Virus record (IMG/VR): IMGVR_UViG_3300049988_000263
Strand: one strand, 5' to 3'
DNA: 64,000 nt
DNA from: a virus
The notes under the pieces were generated by a model, which worked only from the letters and a program-made list of their open reading frames with translations, was not told the DNA's origin and ran no database searches. The position numbers and the translations under genes were made by a program. Shown here piece after piece: positions 44,006 to 53,748 of this stretch (positions are counted from its first letter, which is position 1; each line of letters opens with the position of its first letter).

Positions 44006-44547
44006 GAAAACTGAATTTTAAATTCAAACCGGTGGTCGGGATTCTCGAACAGAAAGATGTATCCGGCGTTGGTCCAGTACTGACCGGGCTCGTCGTTGGT
44101 CCCGCAATGCTCGGATACCCATGCGAGGACTTGCTCGACCGTGAACTGTTCCCGTTTGGGTAGGTTGTGCTGACCCGTAATATAGTTTCGGAAGGTTCGG
44201 TCGTGCCGACTTCCTGAAGAGTCGTATTGCGCCTCCTTATCGACTACGACCATGGAGGCGCGGAAGCGAGCGGCATCCCCCGGCCACATGAACTGGTACT
44301 CGCCGTGATGCGCATCGAGCCAAACTTTTCCCGGCTCGACCGACTCCGTGTACATGTTATGGGCTGGTCCATGGAGGCGTGTGAGCCACGCATCGATCTT
44401 GTCCGTCTCCTGGCGGGAGTCATAGGTACTACGCCCGGCGAGAGCTTCGTCGTCCAAAAATACGACGCTCCCAAACAGGATCGGGGTGATCTTTCGGGCG
44501 TAGCTCGGCTCCCTCCGGGTATCGAAGAAATCCATCGGGTCGTACAT
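44002..44547 (-). CDS. FKxRW-family protein with probable tandem domains (minus strand)
   Basis: Internal FMWPGDAARFRAS and terminal FENPDHRFEFKIQFS. Confidence 0.7.
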   Translation of the reverse strand: MYDPMDFFDTRREPSYARKITPILFGSVVFLDDEALAGRSTYDSRQETDKIDAWLTRLHGPAHNMYTESVEPGKVWLDAHHGEYQFMWPGDAARFRASMVVVDKEAQYDSSGSRHDRTFRNYITGQHNLPKREQFTVEQVLAWVSEHCGTNDEPGQYWTNAGYIFLFENPDHRFEFKIQFS

Positions 44548-44580
44548 TGACTTATTTCCGAATAAGCGTATGTTGATGTC

Positions 44581-44919
44581 ATGAGCAGCATAGACTACTT
44601 CACCTGGGAGATCGAGATGGTGTCTCCGCTTCTGGACCCGGTTGTCCACGATCTCAGGCCGGTCAATGACGGAGAGACCGTCTGGTACGAGGTCCAGGGA
44701 CGGTACGAGCCTGTGATCGAGATACTGACCCAGGAGGGGATCGAGGTCGAAGACATGCCCTACAGGAAGGTGCTGAAGTTCATCCGTGACGTTGCTCGCG
44801 TCTGGATCGAAGAGAATACCACGTCGAAGTCCTATCTGGTCGAGGTCCGGCGGGGCAAGATCGATGCGGCGTTCGCCGATCCTAATGATGCCGTGGCGTT
44901 CAAGATGCGTTTCGGCTGA
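44581..44919 (+). CDS. FKxRW-family small protein
   Basis: Ends FADPNDAVAFKMRFG. Confidence 0.8.
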   Translation: MSSIDYFTWEIEMVSPLLDPVVHDLRPVNDGETVWYEVQGRYEPVIEILTQEGIEVEDMPYRKVLKFIRDVARVWIEENTTSKSYLVEVRRGKIDAAFADPNDAVAFKMRFG

Positions 44920-45194
44920 TGGATAGCGAGGCGGTCTACCATTACGTTGCGGTGAACACTACCCATCTACAGGCTGAGGCGGAGGCCGCTGGGATTACCG
45001 TTCCGCGTCAGGCGGTGGCACCGTACAAGGCGCGATGGGAATGGGACACCATGCTGACGATTGTTCGAGAGTGGCTGAAAAAAGAGTGCGTAGGGGATTC
45101 AAGTGCGTGGATTCAATACGGGAAGGACCGTTTGATTGTCGCGCAGTTCGAAGAACTCGACGGTGCGTTTGCGTTCAAGATGAGATTCGGATGA
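44919..45194 (+). CDS. FKxRW-family small protein
   Basis: Ends FEELDGAFAFKMRFG. Confidence 0.8.
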   Translation: MDSEAVYHYVAVNTTHLQAEAEAAGITVPRQAVAPYKARWEWDTMLTIVREWLKKECVGDSSAWIQYGKDRLIVAQFEELDGAFAFKMRFG

Positions 45195-45918
45195 TTGAAA
45201 AAGTAACTTTTGCCGCTCACTGCGAGCGGATCGAGGCGATCTTCGCCAGCATCTTCGCGGGTCTCCCCGAATGGTCGAAGACCGATCCAGAGATGAAGGT
45301 GGTTCACGACTACATCGGCTACCGCGAGTACGCCGAGGCGGTAGCGAACCTCTGCGCGCTAGCGGCGCGCCACGGCGACTATGGGACGGTTCGCGAACCT
45401 CTCCTGGCGCTCGCCCATGAGATGGGTGAACACGATTTCACGCCCAATTCCCCGATCTCCTACTGAGGCGACTGCGATGAACCTGCGCGATTCCCGATCC
45501 GGCTGGCGTTACACGGCCTATCTGGTGTACCGATTCACGTTCTTCGGGATGCGCGCGGTGAGTGACACCGAGATCGGCAACCTCCCACGGTGGTATCTTG
45601 CGCTGCTTGGAGGACGAGGCAAAAATTCTTCGTGAAACTGTGAATAAATTCGGTGGACAGCGGGCGGACGAGGAAGCCGAATCTCGTATGCATCGAGAGA
45701 TTTGCTAGGTCGTTAGGCGAATCGATTTGAGATTTTAGTGCCTGTTTTCAACAGCCTGACAGGGTACCTGCTCGCGTTTTAACCGTTTTTTAACGCAGAA
45801 AATGTCAGTCGCTCGCCTCCCAAATTTATCGCGATAAACTGCTTGACATGTGCCGGGTTCGGCCATTTGGTATGACTAACCCAAATGCGTAATTGGGTTA
45901 CCACGAAAGGGTACCACG

Positions 45919-46461
45919 ATGACCGCAACGCAAGCTTACGGCCAGCAGGGTTTCATTCCCCCGCAACAGACCACCGCGCAGAAGCCGGTGCAGGTTCTCA
46001 TCCAGCTTCTCCTTTCCACCGCCGGTCTCCCCACGTCGGACCAGCGTGTGGTTACCAAGCGTCAAGTGGACGCGATCACGGGCGGAGACTGGCGCATCCG
46101 CAACCTCGCCGTTGACATGTGCGCGGCCAACCATGACGTGTTCTACGAGCGCATTTCGTCGGGGAAGAACCGGGGTGACCTCTTCATCCCCTCCCCCGAG
46201 AAGAGCCTCGATCGGACCGAGAAGGTCATCACCAAGCTGCACACCAGCCTGGAGCGGTCCTACGGCGTCCTGAAGTCGATCGAGCCCGATCTGTCCCTGG
46301 ACCAGCGGCCCCGTGCCCGCTCGCTCCGGGCTCTGGTCGGCGCGGCGACCGAACTCGTGGCGGCACCCACGATCGCCGAGGCCCACACGGTCGAGACCAC
46401 CCGTGGGGCATCCATGGGCCAGTTCATCTCGGACGTGGCCGGGCGGCGCAAGTGGCGCTAA
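45919..46461 (+). CDS. Hypothetical protein
   Basis: 180 aa with strong phage-like codon use. Confidence 0.65.
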   Translation: MTATQAYGQQGFIPPQQTTAQKPVQVLIQLLLSTAGLPTSDQRVVTKRQVDAITGGDWRIRNLAVDMCAANHDVFYERISSGKNRGDLFIPSPEKSLDRTEKVITKLHTSLERSYGVLKSIEPDLSLDQRPRARSLRALVGAATELVAAPTIAEAHTVETTRGASMGQFISDVAGRRKWR

Positions 46462-46517
46462 TCGACTGACCTGACTAACAGGACCGGCGTGCGCCGGTCC
46501 TGCCCTCTAGAGAGCTT

Positions 46518-49349
46518 GTGGACCTGATGAAACTCGGCGATCTCCAAACCGTTGCGCTCGATGATACCCAGGTCAAGGCTCTTGTGACAGAATGGTTGGG
46601 TGGGGACAACCCCACCCATATGCCTTGGGGCGAGGGGTTTATGTCCCTCTCCAAGGTCTACGACATTTATTTCAAGCCATGGTTGGTCTCGGCGAAGAAG
46701 AAGATCGACGACTCCGGTCTTGCCAAGACCATGCTGATCTATCGCTTCGGCCATGCCCTGGAGGCATTTCCCCACTTGGTGGAGCGGAATGCGCGCGGTG
46801 ACGTGTCATTCAACACGTCTGCGCAATTCGTCGAGAAATGGATCACCGAGGCGAACAACGTGCCCTGGAACTTCGGGGCACACCACGCGGGTGAGATCGG
46901 CGCGCATTTTCTGAAATGGCTCGACCAGACCAGCCCCAAGGATGGCGCGTTCTTGAGGGGGGCCTACGACACCCCGGTGAAGCTGGCCTCGTACTTTAAA
47001 TTTGGGGTGGAGCAGAGCAATCACGTCTCGATCGGCAAGAACCGCCGCCGCTCGTATACGGTGATCCAGCGGGACGACCGTCTGTGGGAATTCTATTCGG
47101 CGCACGGCAACGTTGACGGTCGTACCCTCGTCCAGCATTGGATGTATTCTCGACGGAATGAGGACGTCCCATGGGGGGATGAAATCAGCCCTACCCAAAT
47201 GAAGACCGCGTTCGATGCCTTTTGCACGCGATATTTTGCTGAGGAATTTGGTTCCGATTATCAGTCCGAGTACATCTCGCGCGAGTCTCTTGAAGAGTAT
47301 TTCTTCGAATACGCTCGGGCAGCAGCCAACCTCGATACGTTCAAAGTCGTGCGGTACAAGAAGGGTCCGCACGATCAGAAGTTCAAGTTCTACCATCCCG
47401 AGCGTCATCTTCTCCAAGAGAAGTATGATCTTGAGAACCCTCATCCGCATGGGGAACGGGTCTTTCGCGCGATCATGCTGGAACTGCGCGAAAGACCTAA
47501 TTGCGTTTGGGGATTGTGGCTGAAACTCGATAAGAACCCCGACTTCAAAGTTTCGTACTTCGAAGTCCAGTACGCCCGTCTGAAGCTCTTAGACGGCGGC
47601 TATCTGAGCAACACTGGTCGCCATCAGGGATTGCCGCTCTGGTCGGTGGTCAAACCGTATAGGCAGATTGCTCTGGAAGCGGCGCCGCGCCGTGAACCGA
47701 CCCGGCCGACCATTGTGGCGACGGGTCTGGTTCCGGCGGTGATCAAGCCGAAGGAAGTCGGCGTCAATCTTCCGTCAAAGCCTATTCCGGTGCCACCAGA
47801 GCCTGCTAGGGCAGTCGAGCCCTTACCGGAGCCCAAGGTTGAGACTCCGGCTGTCACGACGTCTCCGAAGGACCCGGAACCGATCCAGGCGGATATCAGT
47901 CGGATCATGTCGATCTCGGAGATTGCTCGCCTATTCAAGGTTGCCCGCCATCACGTTCAGCGGGTAATCGACAAGCATGAACTGAAGCAGCACACAAAAA
48001 CCCGTTTTCACGTCCCGCTCCATTTGATTCAGGAGTACGAGAAGAAGGTCGTACGGACTCTCGTTCCGTCTCATTCGATCGGCCAGAAATACGATGCCGC
48101 AAGGCGGACAATTGCGGCGGATATCGCACGAGCGTTCAACAAGCTCGGCACGATTCCGTCGTATAACGATTACCTTGCCTGGGACGAGCGTTCGCTCGAA
48201 TTCGCCAACAAGGATGCGTTCAATCACTACTTCTCCGATTGGGATGCCGCCCTGATTGTTGCAGGGATTCTCAGGGCACCGGTCAAGCCCGCTCTGGTCA
48301 AGACGAAGCCGGAACGGCCGACGATCTCGATTGCGGCGTCGAAACCAGAGGCTGACTCCGCACCGGAGCCGACCCCGGACCCCCATTTTTGGGATGAGGT
48401 CGAGCTTCGGTCGCAGCAGATCAAGCCTAAGACGCTCGCAGAACTCAAGGCCGAGTACCCTACGATCGACCCCGCCCTGATAACGCGGATGCACGAGCTT
48501 TCCGAGTTAGGGCGCGAAACCGTTCCGGTCACACGACGCTTCTCGGAGAAATGGGAACTCGACCGCGTCTCGAAACAGCTTGCCGAGTTGGATGACGAGG
48601 ACGAGGACGGAGAGACGGGGTCCGTCGAAGCCAAGGTCGTTCTTGAGCCTATCCCGGCCACGCCTGGGCCGCTGCCCGTGGTGATCGAACAGCCCAAGCG
48701 GATCACCACGTCAGGGGATTGGTTCGACGACACCACGCCGTTCGAACCGATCGAGACAGACACAAATACGTTCGACTTCCTTTCCGAGACCATCCAGTGG
48801 AACCCCGTGGACAGCTTCACCAAGGCGGTGGATTTCGAAGTGCTGCGCCTTCCAAACACCTGGGAGGATCGCCAGATCGTGAAGGTTGGAGACTTCGCGG
48901 GGATCAACCTGCTCATGCTCGGTCAGGTGCTTGGCGTGATGATCGCCAACCCTCGGCATCTGTTCTTGATCGAGACGCGTGATGTCGGATATTTCAATAA
49001 TCTCAACGAGATGATCTCGTGGGAGCCCAACATCTTCCTCGGCGTGAAGACGGAGTTTCTAATCGACCATGGGCCGAATCTCCAAGAGCAGCTTCACGCG
49101 TTGGAGCATTCGCAGGCCAAGATACGGTTCATTCACTCGAACCTCGACTCGCACGGAATGCTCAACCTCGACCTGACCCATGTGGATTGGGTGATCGCAG
49201 GTGCTCCATATGAGCACCATGACACAAGCGAGCACAACCTCATCACCCTGGCGGAACGTTGCGCTAAACGAGGGAAGGCGTTCTACTTCAAGGGATGGTA
49301 CGGCCCCCACACGTTGGCGGGGAAGCTCTACCGGGAGGTCCCAGCGTGA
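46518..49349 (+). CDS. 943-aa mosaic protein: HNH-associated repeat plus a degenerate DUF5131/Gp37Gp68-like C-terminus
   Basis: LGTIPSYNDY...FSDWDAALIVAG; C-terminal NIFLGV...VDWVIAG...AFYFKGW. Confidence 0.6.
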   Translation: MDLMKLGDLQTVALDDTQVKALVTEWLGGDNPTHMPWGEGFMSLSKVYDIYFKPWLVSAKKKIDDSGLAKTMLIYRFGHALEAFPHLVERNARGDVSFNTSAQFVEKWITEANNVPWNFGAHHAGEIGAHFLKWLDQTSPKDGAFLRGAYDTPVKLASYFKFGVEQSNHVSIGKNRRRSYTVIQRDDRLWEFYSAHGNVDGRTLVQHWMYSRRNEDVPWGDEISPTQMKTAFDAFCTRYFAEEFGSDYQSEYISRESLEEYFFEYARAAANLDTFKVVRYKKGPHDQKFKFYHPERHLLQEKYDLENPHPHGERVFRAIMLELRERPNCVWGLWLKLDKNPDFKVSYFEVQYARLKLLDGGYLSNTGRHQGLPLWSVVKPYRQIALEAAPRREPTRPTIVATGLVPAVIKPKEVGVNLPSKPIPVPPEPARAVEPLPEPKVETPAVTTSPKDPEPIQADISRIMSISEIARLFKVARHHVQRVIDKHELKQHTKTRFHVPLHLIQEYEKKVVRTLVPSHSIGQKYDAARRTIAADIARAFNKLGTIPSYNDYLAWDERSLEFANKDAFNHYFSDWDAALIVAGILRAPVKPALVKTKPERPTISIAASKPEADSAPEPTPDPHFWDEVELRSQQIKPKTLAELKAEYPTIDPALITRMHELSELGRETVPVTRRFSEKWELDRVSKQLAELDDEDEDGETGSVEAKVVLEPIPATPGPLPVVIEQPKRITTSGDWFDDTTPFEPIETDTNTFDFLSETIQWNPVDSFTKAVDFEVLRLPNTWEDRQIVKVGDFAGINLLMLGQVLGVMIANPRHLFLIETRDVGYFNNLNEMISWEPNIFLGVKTEFLIDHGPNLQEQLHALEHSQAKIRFIHSNLDSHGMLNLDLTHVDWVIAGAPYEHHDTSEHNLITLAERCAKRGKAFYFKGWYGPHTLAGKLYREVPA

Positions 49350-49642
49350 ATCCTACCCTGTCGGTTCCGCTCTACGAACTGATGCGTCTCGCTATCAACG
49401 GGAACCCTCAGGTCTACGGGCAATGGTCCATGGGGGCATTCAACGCCATGATCACCCACCTCCAGAAACACGCCGCAGACCTTCGGCTGGTTCAGTTCGA
49501 TGGCAAGAATTACGAAGAAGCTAAGAAATGGGCGGACAATCAGTTCGGCTCGCATATGGGGGAATGGTACGTGATCAGTCTTGGCTTATTCTTGTTCCGC
49601 AATGATACTGCCGCGACGGCGTTCAAAATCCGATGGGGATAA
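49346..49642 (+). CDS. FKxRW-family small protein
   Basis: Ends FRNDTAATAFKIRWG. Confidence 0.8.
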   Translation: MNPTLSVPLYELMRLAINGNPQVYGQWSMGAFNAMITHLQKHAADLRLVQFDGKNYEEAKKWADNQFGSHMGEWYVISLGLFLFRNDTAATAFKIRWG

Positions 49643-49709
49643 TCGAGAAGCCTTGCCAGGACGCCCTCAAGAACGATCTCGCCGCGACCGCCCTAAAACA
49701 CATTGACGA

Positions 49710-50093
49710 TTGACTTCTTCACGAAAGCGCTTATATTTAAGGAATCAGCGCGAGGGAGGTCGTCTTATGGTTTGTCTTTTGTATGTAATCGAAGACGAAC
49801 GCAATGACGACGATAGTGGTTGGAAGGTCGGAAAACACCTTCAAACCGTATACGCGTCCCTGGATCGGGCTCTCCGCTACATTCGGAGAGAACGTCTTGT
49901 TGAGCTTGCCGACCACCCGATCCGGGTTAATCGATGGGATAACGACCCGCGAAAGCCGTATCAGTATCGAGCGCGCAAGACCACGTACAACCTCATGGAA
50001 GTCTGGGTTATAGAGCGAGCAAAACGCGGCGAAAACGAAAAATGGACCGTAGCTGAACGTTACGAATTGGTAGAGATGTCCGTAGTGGAGTAA
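49710..50093 (+). CDS. Hypothetical protein (start probably MVCLLY)
   Basis: GGGAGG SD; promoter-like TTGAC-N13-GCTTATATT. Confidence 0.55.
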   Translation: MTSSRKRLYLRNQREGGRLMVCLLYVIEDERNDDDSGWKVGKHLQTVYASLDRALRYIRRERLVELADHPIRVNRWDNDPRKPYQYRARKTTYNLMEVWVIERAKRGENEKWTVAERYELVEMSVVE

Positions 50094-50158
50094 TTTTTTT
50101 TCTCCAATACTTTCTTGCGAGCTTCGATCAGCGCCTCGGTATCCCGAACGGCCTGCTC

Positions 50159-50489
50159 GTGCTCCGCCGAGGGATGCGCGGTCGCGATCATGCGCTCCTC
50201 AAGCTGCTGAGCGCGAAGTTCGAGGATCGTGCGATCGATTCGCTTGCGTCGGAAAGGAAGAATCATGGATTGGGCCAAGGAACTGAGAGATCGGATCGAA
50301 CGACTCGACCGGTTCACCGAAGAGTTGTCGCCCCTGCAAGATCGCTTACGGGAGATCAGCGCGAGGCGGAGAGCCGATAAGATCGCCGCATGGGTCGATC
50401 GGTCGGCCATACTCACTCCGTCCCAGGTCTCCGCGTTGGAAGCGGCACTTGGTTACTCCGTCGAGGAAGCCAGTCAAACCCGGCATTAG
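50159..50489 (+). CDS. One or two small coiled-coil hypothetical proteins (50159-50380 frame uncertain; 50265-50489 MDWAKEL)
   Basis: GGAAGA SD before MDWAKEL. Confidence 0.35.
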
Positions 50490-50539
50490 CGGAAATTTCT
50501 TAACACATCGTTCACCCTATCGGAACAGGAGCATTACCC

Positions 50540-51064
50540 ATGGGCTACACGACTGACTTCGACGGCCACATTCAGGTTTCTCCCCCGCTGAACGCGGACG
50601 AGATCGCCTACCTGAAGAAGTTCAACGAGACTCGGCGGATGAAGCGGACCAGTGGCCCGTACTACGTCCAGGGTAGCGGCTGTTACGGCCAGGGTCACGA
50701 CGCCGATATCATCGATCACAACGATTCTGGTGATCAGCCCGGTCTCTGGTGCAAGTGGACGCCGACCGAGGATGGGGCGGCGATCGAGTGGGACGGGGCA
50801 GAGAAGTTCTACGATTCAGTCGAATGGATGCAGTACCTAATCGACCACTTCCTCAAGCCGGACGCGCTCGCCAAGACCCAGACGACGGATGGCAAGCTGT
50901 TCTTCACCTTTCAGGATCACGTCCTCAATGGCGCGATCGAGGCACAGGGCGAGGACGAGGATGACCACTGGTATCTGGTGGTGATCAACAACAAGGCGGA
51001 GGACCGCAAGGCGCTCCCGCCGAAACTAAAGGCCATCGGGAATCGAATGATCCCTTCGGCTTAA
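50540..51064 (+). CDS. Conserved phage hypothetical protein
   Basis: MGYTTDFDG...PGLWCKW...WDGAEKFY...WMQYLIDHFL; AGGAG SD. Confidence 0.75.
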   Translation: MGYTTDFDGHIQVSPPLNADEIAYLKKFNETRRMKRTSGPYYVQGSGCYGQGHDADIIDHNDSGDQPGLWCKWTPTEDGAAIEWDGAEKFYDSVEWMQYLIDHFLKPDALAKTQTTDGKLFFTFQDHVLNGAIEAQGEDEDDHWYLVVINNKAEDRKALPPKLKAIGNRMIPSA

Positions 51065-51103
51065 TCGGATATGGCCTGGGATGGATTCCCAGGCCGTTTT
51101 TCA

Positions 51104-52444
51104 TTATGGGACTGGAATCGCCAGCGGCTTTTCCACGTACAACGCGGTGAATCCGTTAGAAACTACGCGGAGTTCGAGCGAAAATCCGTTCAGGTCGGCG
51201 TAGTCGAGAAACGGCTTTGCGCAGTAGTGATAGGGATTCTGCGGATCACGAAGCTCGTACGAGGGTAGGTCCACAAGAATCAGGACGGGCGTCATCACAT
51301 CGAGCGTCCGCTTGATGAACGCATCGATCTGATTCTGAGCCACGATAAGTCCTTCGCGAATCCTCTTTTCGCGTGAGAGGAAGACGCCGGGTGAAGCCAC
51401 ACGCATACCCTCTTTAATGACCCGCACGATCTCGACCTGCGACAGGCGCCCTGCGGGAGGAACGAACACCAAGGGGAGTGTCGCCTGGGCGCTATGGTCG
51501 GGTCTCGTGCGTAACTTCTGCATGGCCACCACCGATTCGGCAAGTTCGGATTCTGGAGCGGGCGCCGGTATGGGTTTGGGAACTGCCACGGGCGTCGGCC
51601 GGGTTTCGATAAGCAGCGCCTTGGGTTTGCCCTCACCGCCGTCGTAGTCAGACCGGACACGCATCTTGAGCCGCACCAGAGCGGCTTCGGCCGCGTGACG
51701 CTTGAAGATACCGTGGAACGGGTGGTGGGTCTCGTCCAGCATGATCGGGACATTTCGATCCGAGCGCCAGATGAAAGGTCTCTCGCGACCAGTCAGGTAG
51801 ATACGGTGCTCATGCTGTCCCCGGATGGCCTTAGAGACTGCGGTGGTGAACTCCGCATCCAAAGCCTTCTCCATCCGGTCGCGTTCGATCGCCTCGATCA
51901 GTTCGGCGTCCTTTGGCGGCTTACGCTGAACACGCTTGTTGAGGCCCAATTGAAGCTGAAGCTCGTTCACCACATCGTCGGGGACGTAGTTGTTCATTCG
52001 ATTGGCAAGGAACGCGAGGCCCTTTTCATTGATCGAATGGACGTAGTCGTTCCAATGCGAGTTCGCGCGGATGCCAACCTCATCGGTGAAGTGGTAATTC
52101 TTGTAGCATCGCGACATCGTTCCAGTGAACAACCCGCGCTTGCGGTTGTCCTGGCCATCGTCCTCATCGTCGATGCAGATTCCCTCGTCCTTACGACCAT
52201 GCAGGGGAACACGGGCCATCAGATTGCGCTGAAGCGCGTGATTACGAAGCTCAGTCGTGGTCGCAGGCCCAAGCTCTCGCAGGAGCAGCAGCATCACGTC
52301 GATCGTGGTCAGGTTGCGCTCTTGGCTATTAGCCTCGCCCTTCATCGCACGAATCTTACCCGGCTTGACCTTGGTCTTCGAGACACGCGTACGCGGCCCC
52401 TTCCAGTTGGGCGCAAGATTCGATGGCTGGGCGACCGCGAGCAT
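51104..52444 (-). CDS. Hypothetical protein, possible N-terminal wHTH
   Basis: 446 aa; LTTIDVMLLLLRELGPATTTEL. Confidence 0.6.
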   Translation of the reverse strand: MLAVAQPSNLAPNWKGPRTRVSKTKVKPGKIRAMKGEANSQERNLTTIDVMLLLLRELGPATTTELRNHALQRNLMARVPLHGRKDEGICIDDEDDGQDNRKRGLFTGTMSRCYKNYHFTDEVGIRANSHWNDYVHSINEKGLAFLANRMNNYVPDDVVNELQLQLGLNKRVQRKPPKDAELIEAIERDRMEKALDAEFTTAVSKAIRGQHEHRIYLTGRERPFIWRSDRNVPIMLDETHHPFHGIFKRHAAEAALVRLKMRVRSDYDGGEGKPKALLIETRPTPVAVPKPIPAPAPESELAESVVAMQKLRTRPDHSAQATLPLVFVPPAGRLSQVEIVRVIKEGMRVASPGVFLSREKRIREGLIVAQNQIDAFIKRTLDVMTPVLILVDLPSYELRDPQNPYHYCAKPFLDYADLNGFSLELRVVSNGFTALYVEKPLAIPVP

Positions 52445-52515
52445 GTCGGAACTCCGGGAGATGGAACCGCGAATCTTAGAACGAATGGTGAATCGGTCAA
52501 TGAGATAAATACGCT

Positions 52516-53409
52516 ATGCGCGATTTCATCAACATCATCAACGAAGCGGGAGCGAAGGTTGAGCCGTTCGTCCTCGCTCCGGGCCTCGACCCAAAGAACT
52601 ACCAGATCACGGACAGCTTCAAGCAGTTCAAGACTTGGAAGTGTATGACCTACGTCGGTGAAGGTAATGTGAAGAAGGGCGACATGGGTCCGGTCGGTTA
52701 CGTGTGGATTTCCACCGTGGACAACTCGATCATCCCGATCTCTCGTGGTGATGAACACCATACGGGCGGAGACATGGTCGGCCAGATGAATGAACGTGGT
52801 CTATGGCGGATCGACCGGAGGCAGTACATTCCCGTCTGGGGCTACGGTCACAATTACATCTACCATGAAGAAGAGATTCCCCGGTGGATCAACGTGCTTC
52901 AAAAGTTCCTCGCCTGGGGCGGACCAGATGGGATCATGGACGGCGCCAACAGCCTCCGCGATGTCTCGATGACGCTTTCACAGTTTGCCAATTCTGGCGG
53001 TGACATCCGGCTGAAGCCCGGACAGCTTGCCCCGCTCGGGCAGATGTTCTTCGACCTCTACACGCAGTTGAGCCACGCCATCGTAGAGGCGCGATCCGCC
53101 ACGACGAAGACCGGCGTGGCCAAGCCGTTCCAGATCGCCGTTCAGCTTACCGCGTTCCTCACCAAGAACAGCATGACCCTGGACATCGACCACGACATGC
53201 TGAAGGCGATGCCCGGTCAGATTCGAGCGCTCGCCAAGGAAGCCGACCACGAAGGGCTGATGAAGCTGTTCTTCGATTTCGGGCAGATCAAGCAGAAGGT
53301 CCACCACGGCCTGCGCACGTACGATCCCAAGGACGTGTGGTCGGGTCCGAAGCTCAAGGCGTTCTGGGGCGACGTGGCCCTGGCCGCCCATATGCTGGCC
53401 GATCTCTGA
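52516..53409 (+). CDS. Late hypothetical protein, candidate internal virion protein
   Basis: GATAAATA + 4 nt + ATG; N-terminus MRDFINIINE. Confidence 0.7.
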   Translation: MRDFINIINEAGAKVEPFVLAPGLDPKNYQITDSFKQFKTWKCMTYVGEGNVKKGDMGPVGYVWISTVDNSIIPISRGDEHHTGGDMVGQMNERGLWRIDRRQYIPVWGYGHNYIYHEEEIPRWINVLQKFLAWGGPDGIMDGANSLRDVSMTLSQFANSGGDIRLKPGQLAPLGQMFFDLYTQLSHAIVEARSATTKTGVAKPFQIAVQLTAFLTKNSMTLDIDHDMLKAMPGQIRALAKEADHEGLMKLFFDFGQIKQKVHHGLRTYDPKDVWSGPKLKAFWGDVALAAHMLADL

Positions 53410-53655
53410 TCAACCGCACTGCATCTTAAAGTGGAACGCGGCGCCAAAGCCGTTGAACAGATACACCCAGGCATGCTCGTCCTCACGCCGGGTATGCTTG
53501 ACCCCGGTCTCGCGAAGGAACGCATCGACCCGGCCCTGGTCGTGATTCTTCTTCTGCACGATCACCTCGAACGCCTCGACATCGCCCGGACCGAGCGCGG
53601 CGAGTTCGGATATTTCGAGTGAGCGCATCACGCGCAGGCTGTGTTCGTCAATCAT
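53410..53655 (-). CDS. FKxRW-family small protein (minus strand)
   Basis: Ends FNGFGAAFHFKMQCG. Confidence 0.65.
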   Translation of the reverse strand: MIDEHSLRVMRSLEISELAALGPGDVEAFEVIVQKKNHDQGRVDAFLRETGVKHTRREDEHAWVYLFNGFGAAFHFKMQCG

Positions 53656-53748
53656 CGCGGATATTCTAACGAACCCGTGAGTGGATGTCGTATTGTTTCT
53701 ACGCGGACGGGTTGCCTTCTTTCGCAGTTGCGATAGAGCGGGATTCGT

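Noticed and set aside
51695-52648. 317-aa + strand ORF
   Set aside because: Antisense to the 446-aa minus-strand gene; no SD or recognisable motif.
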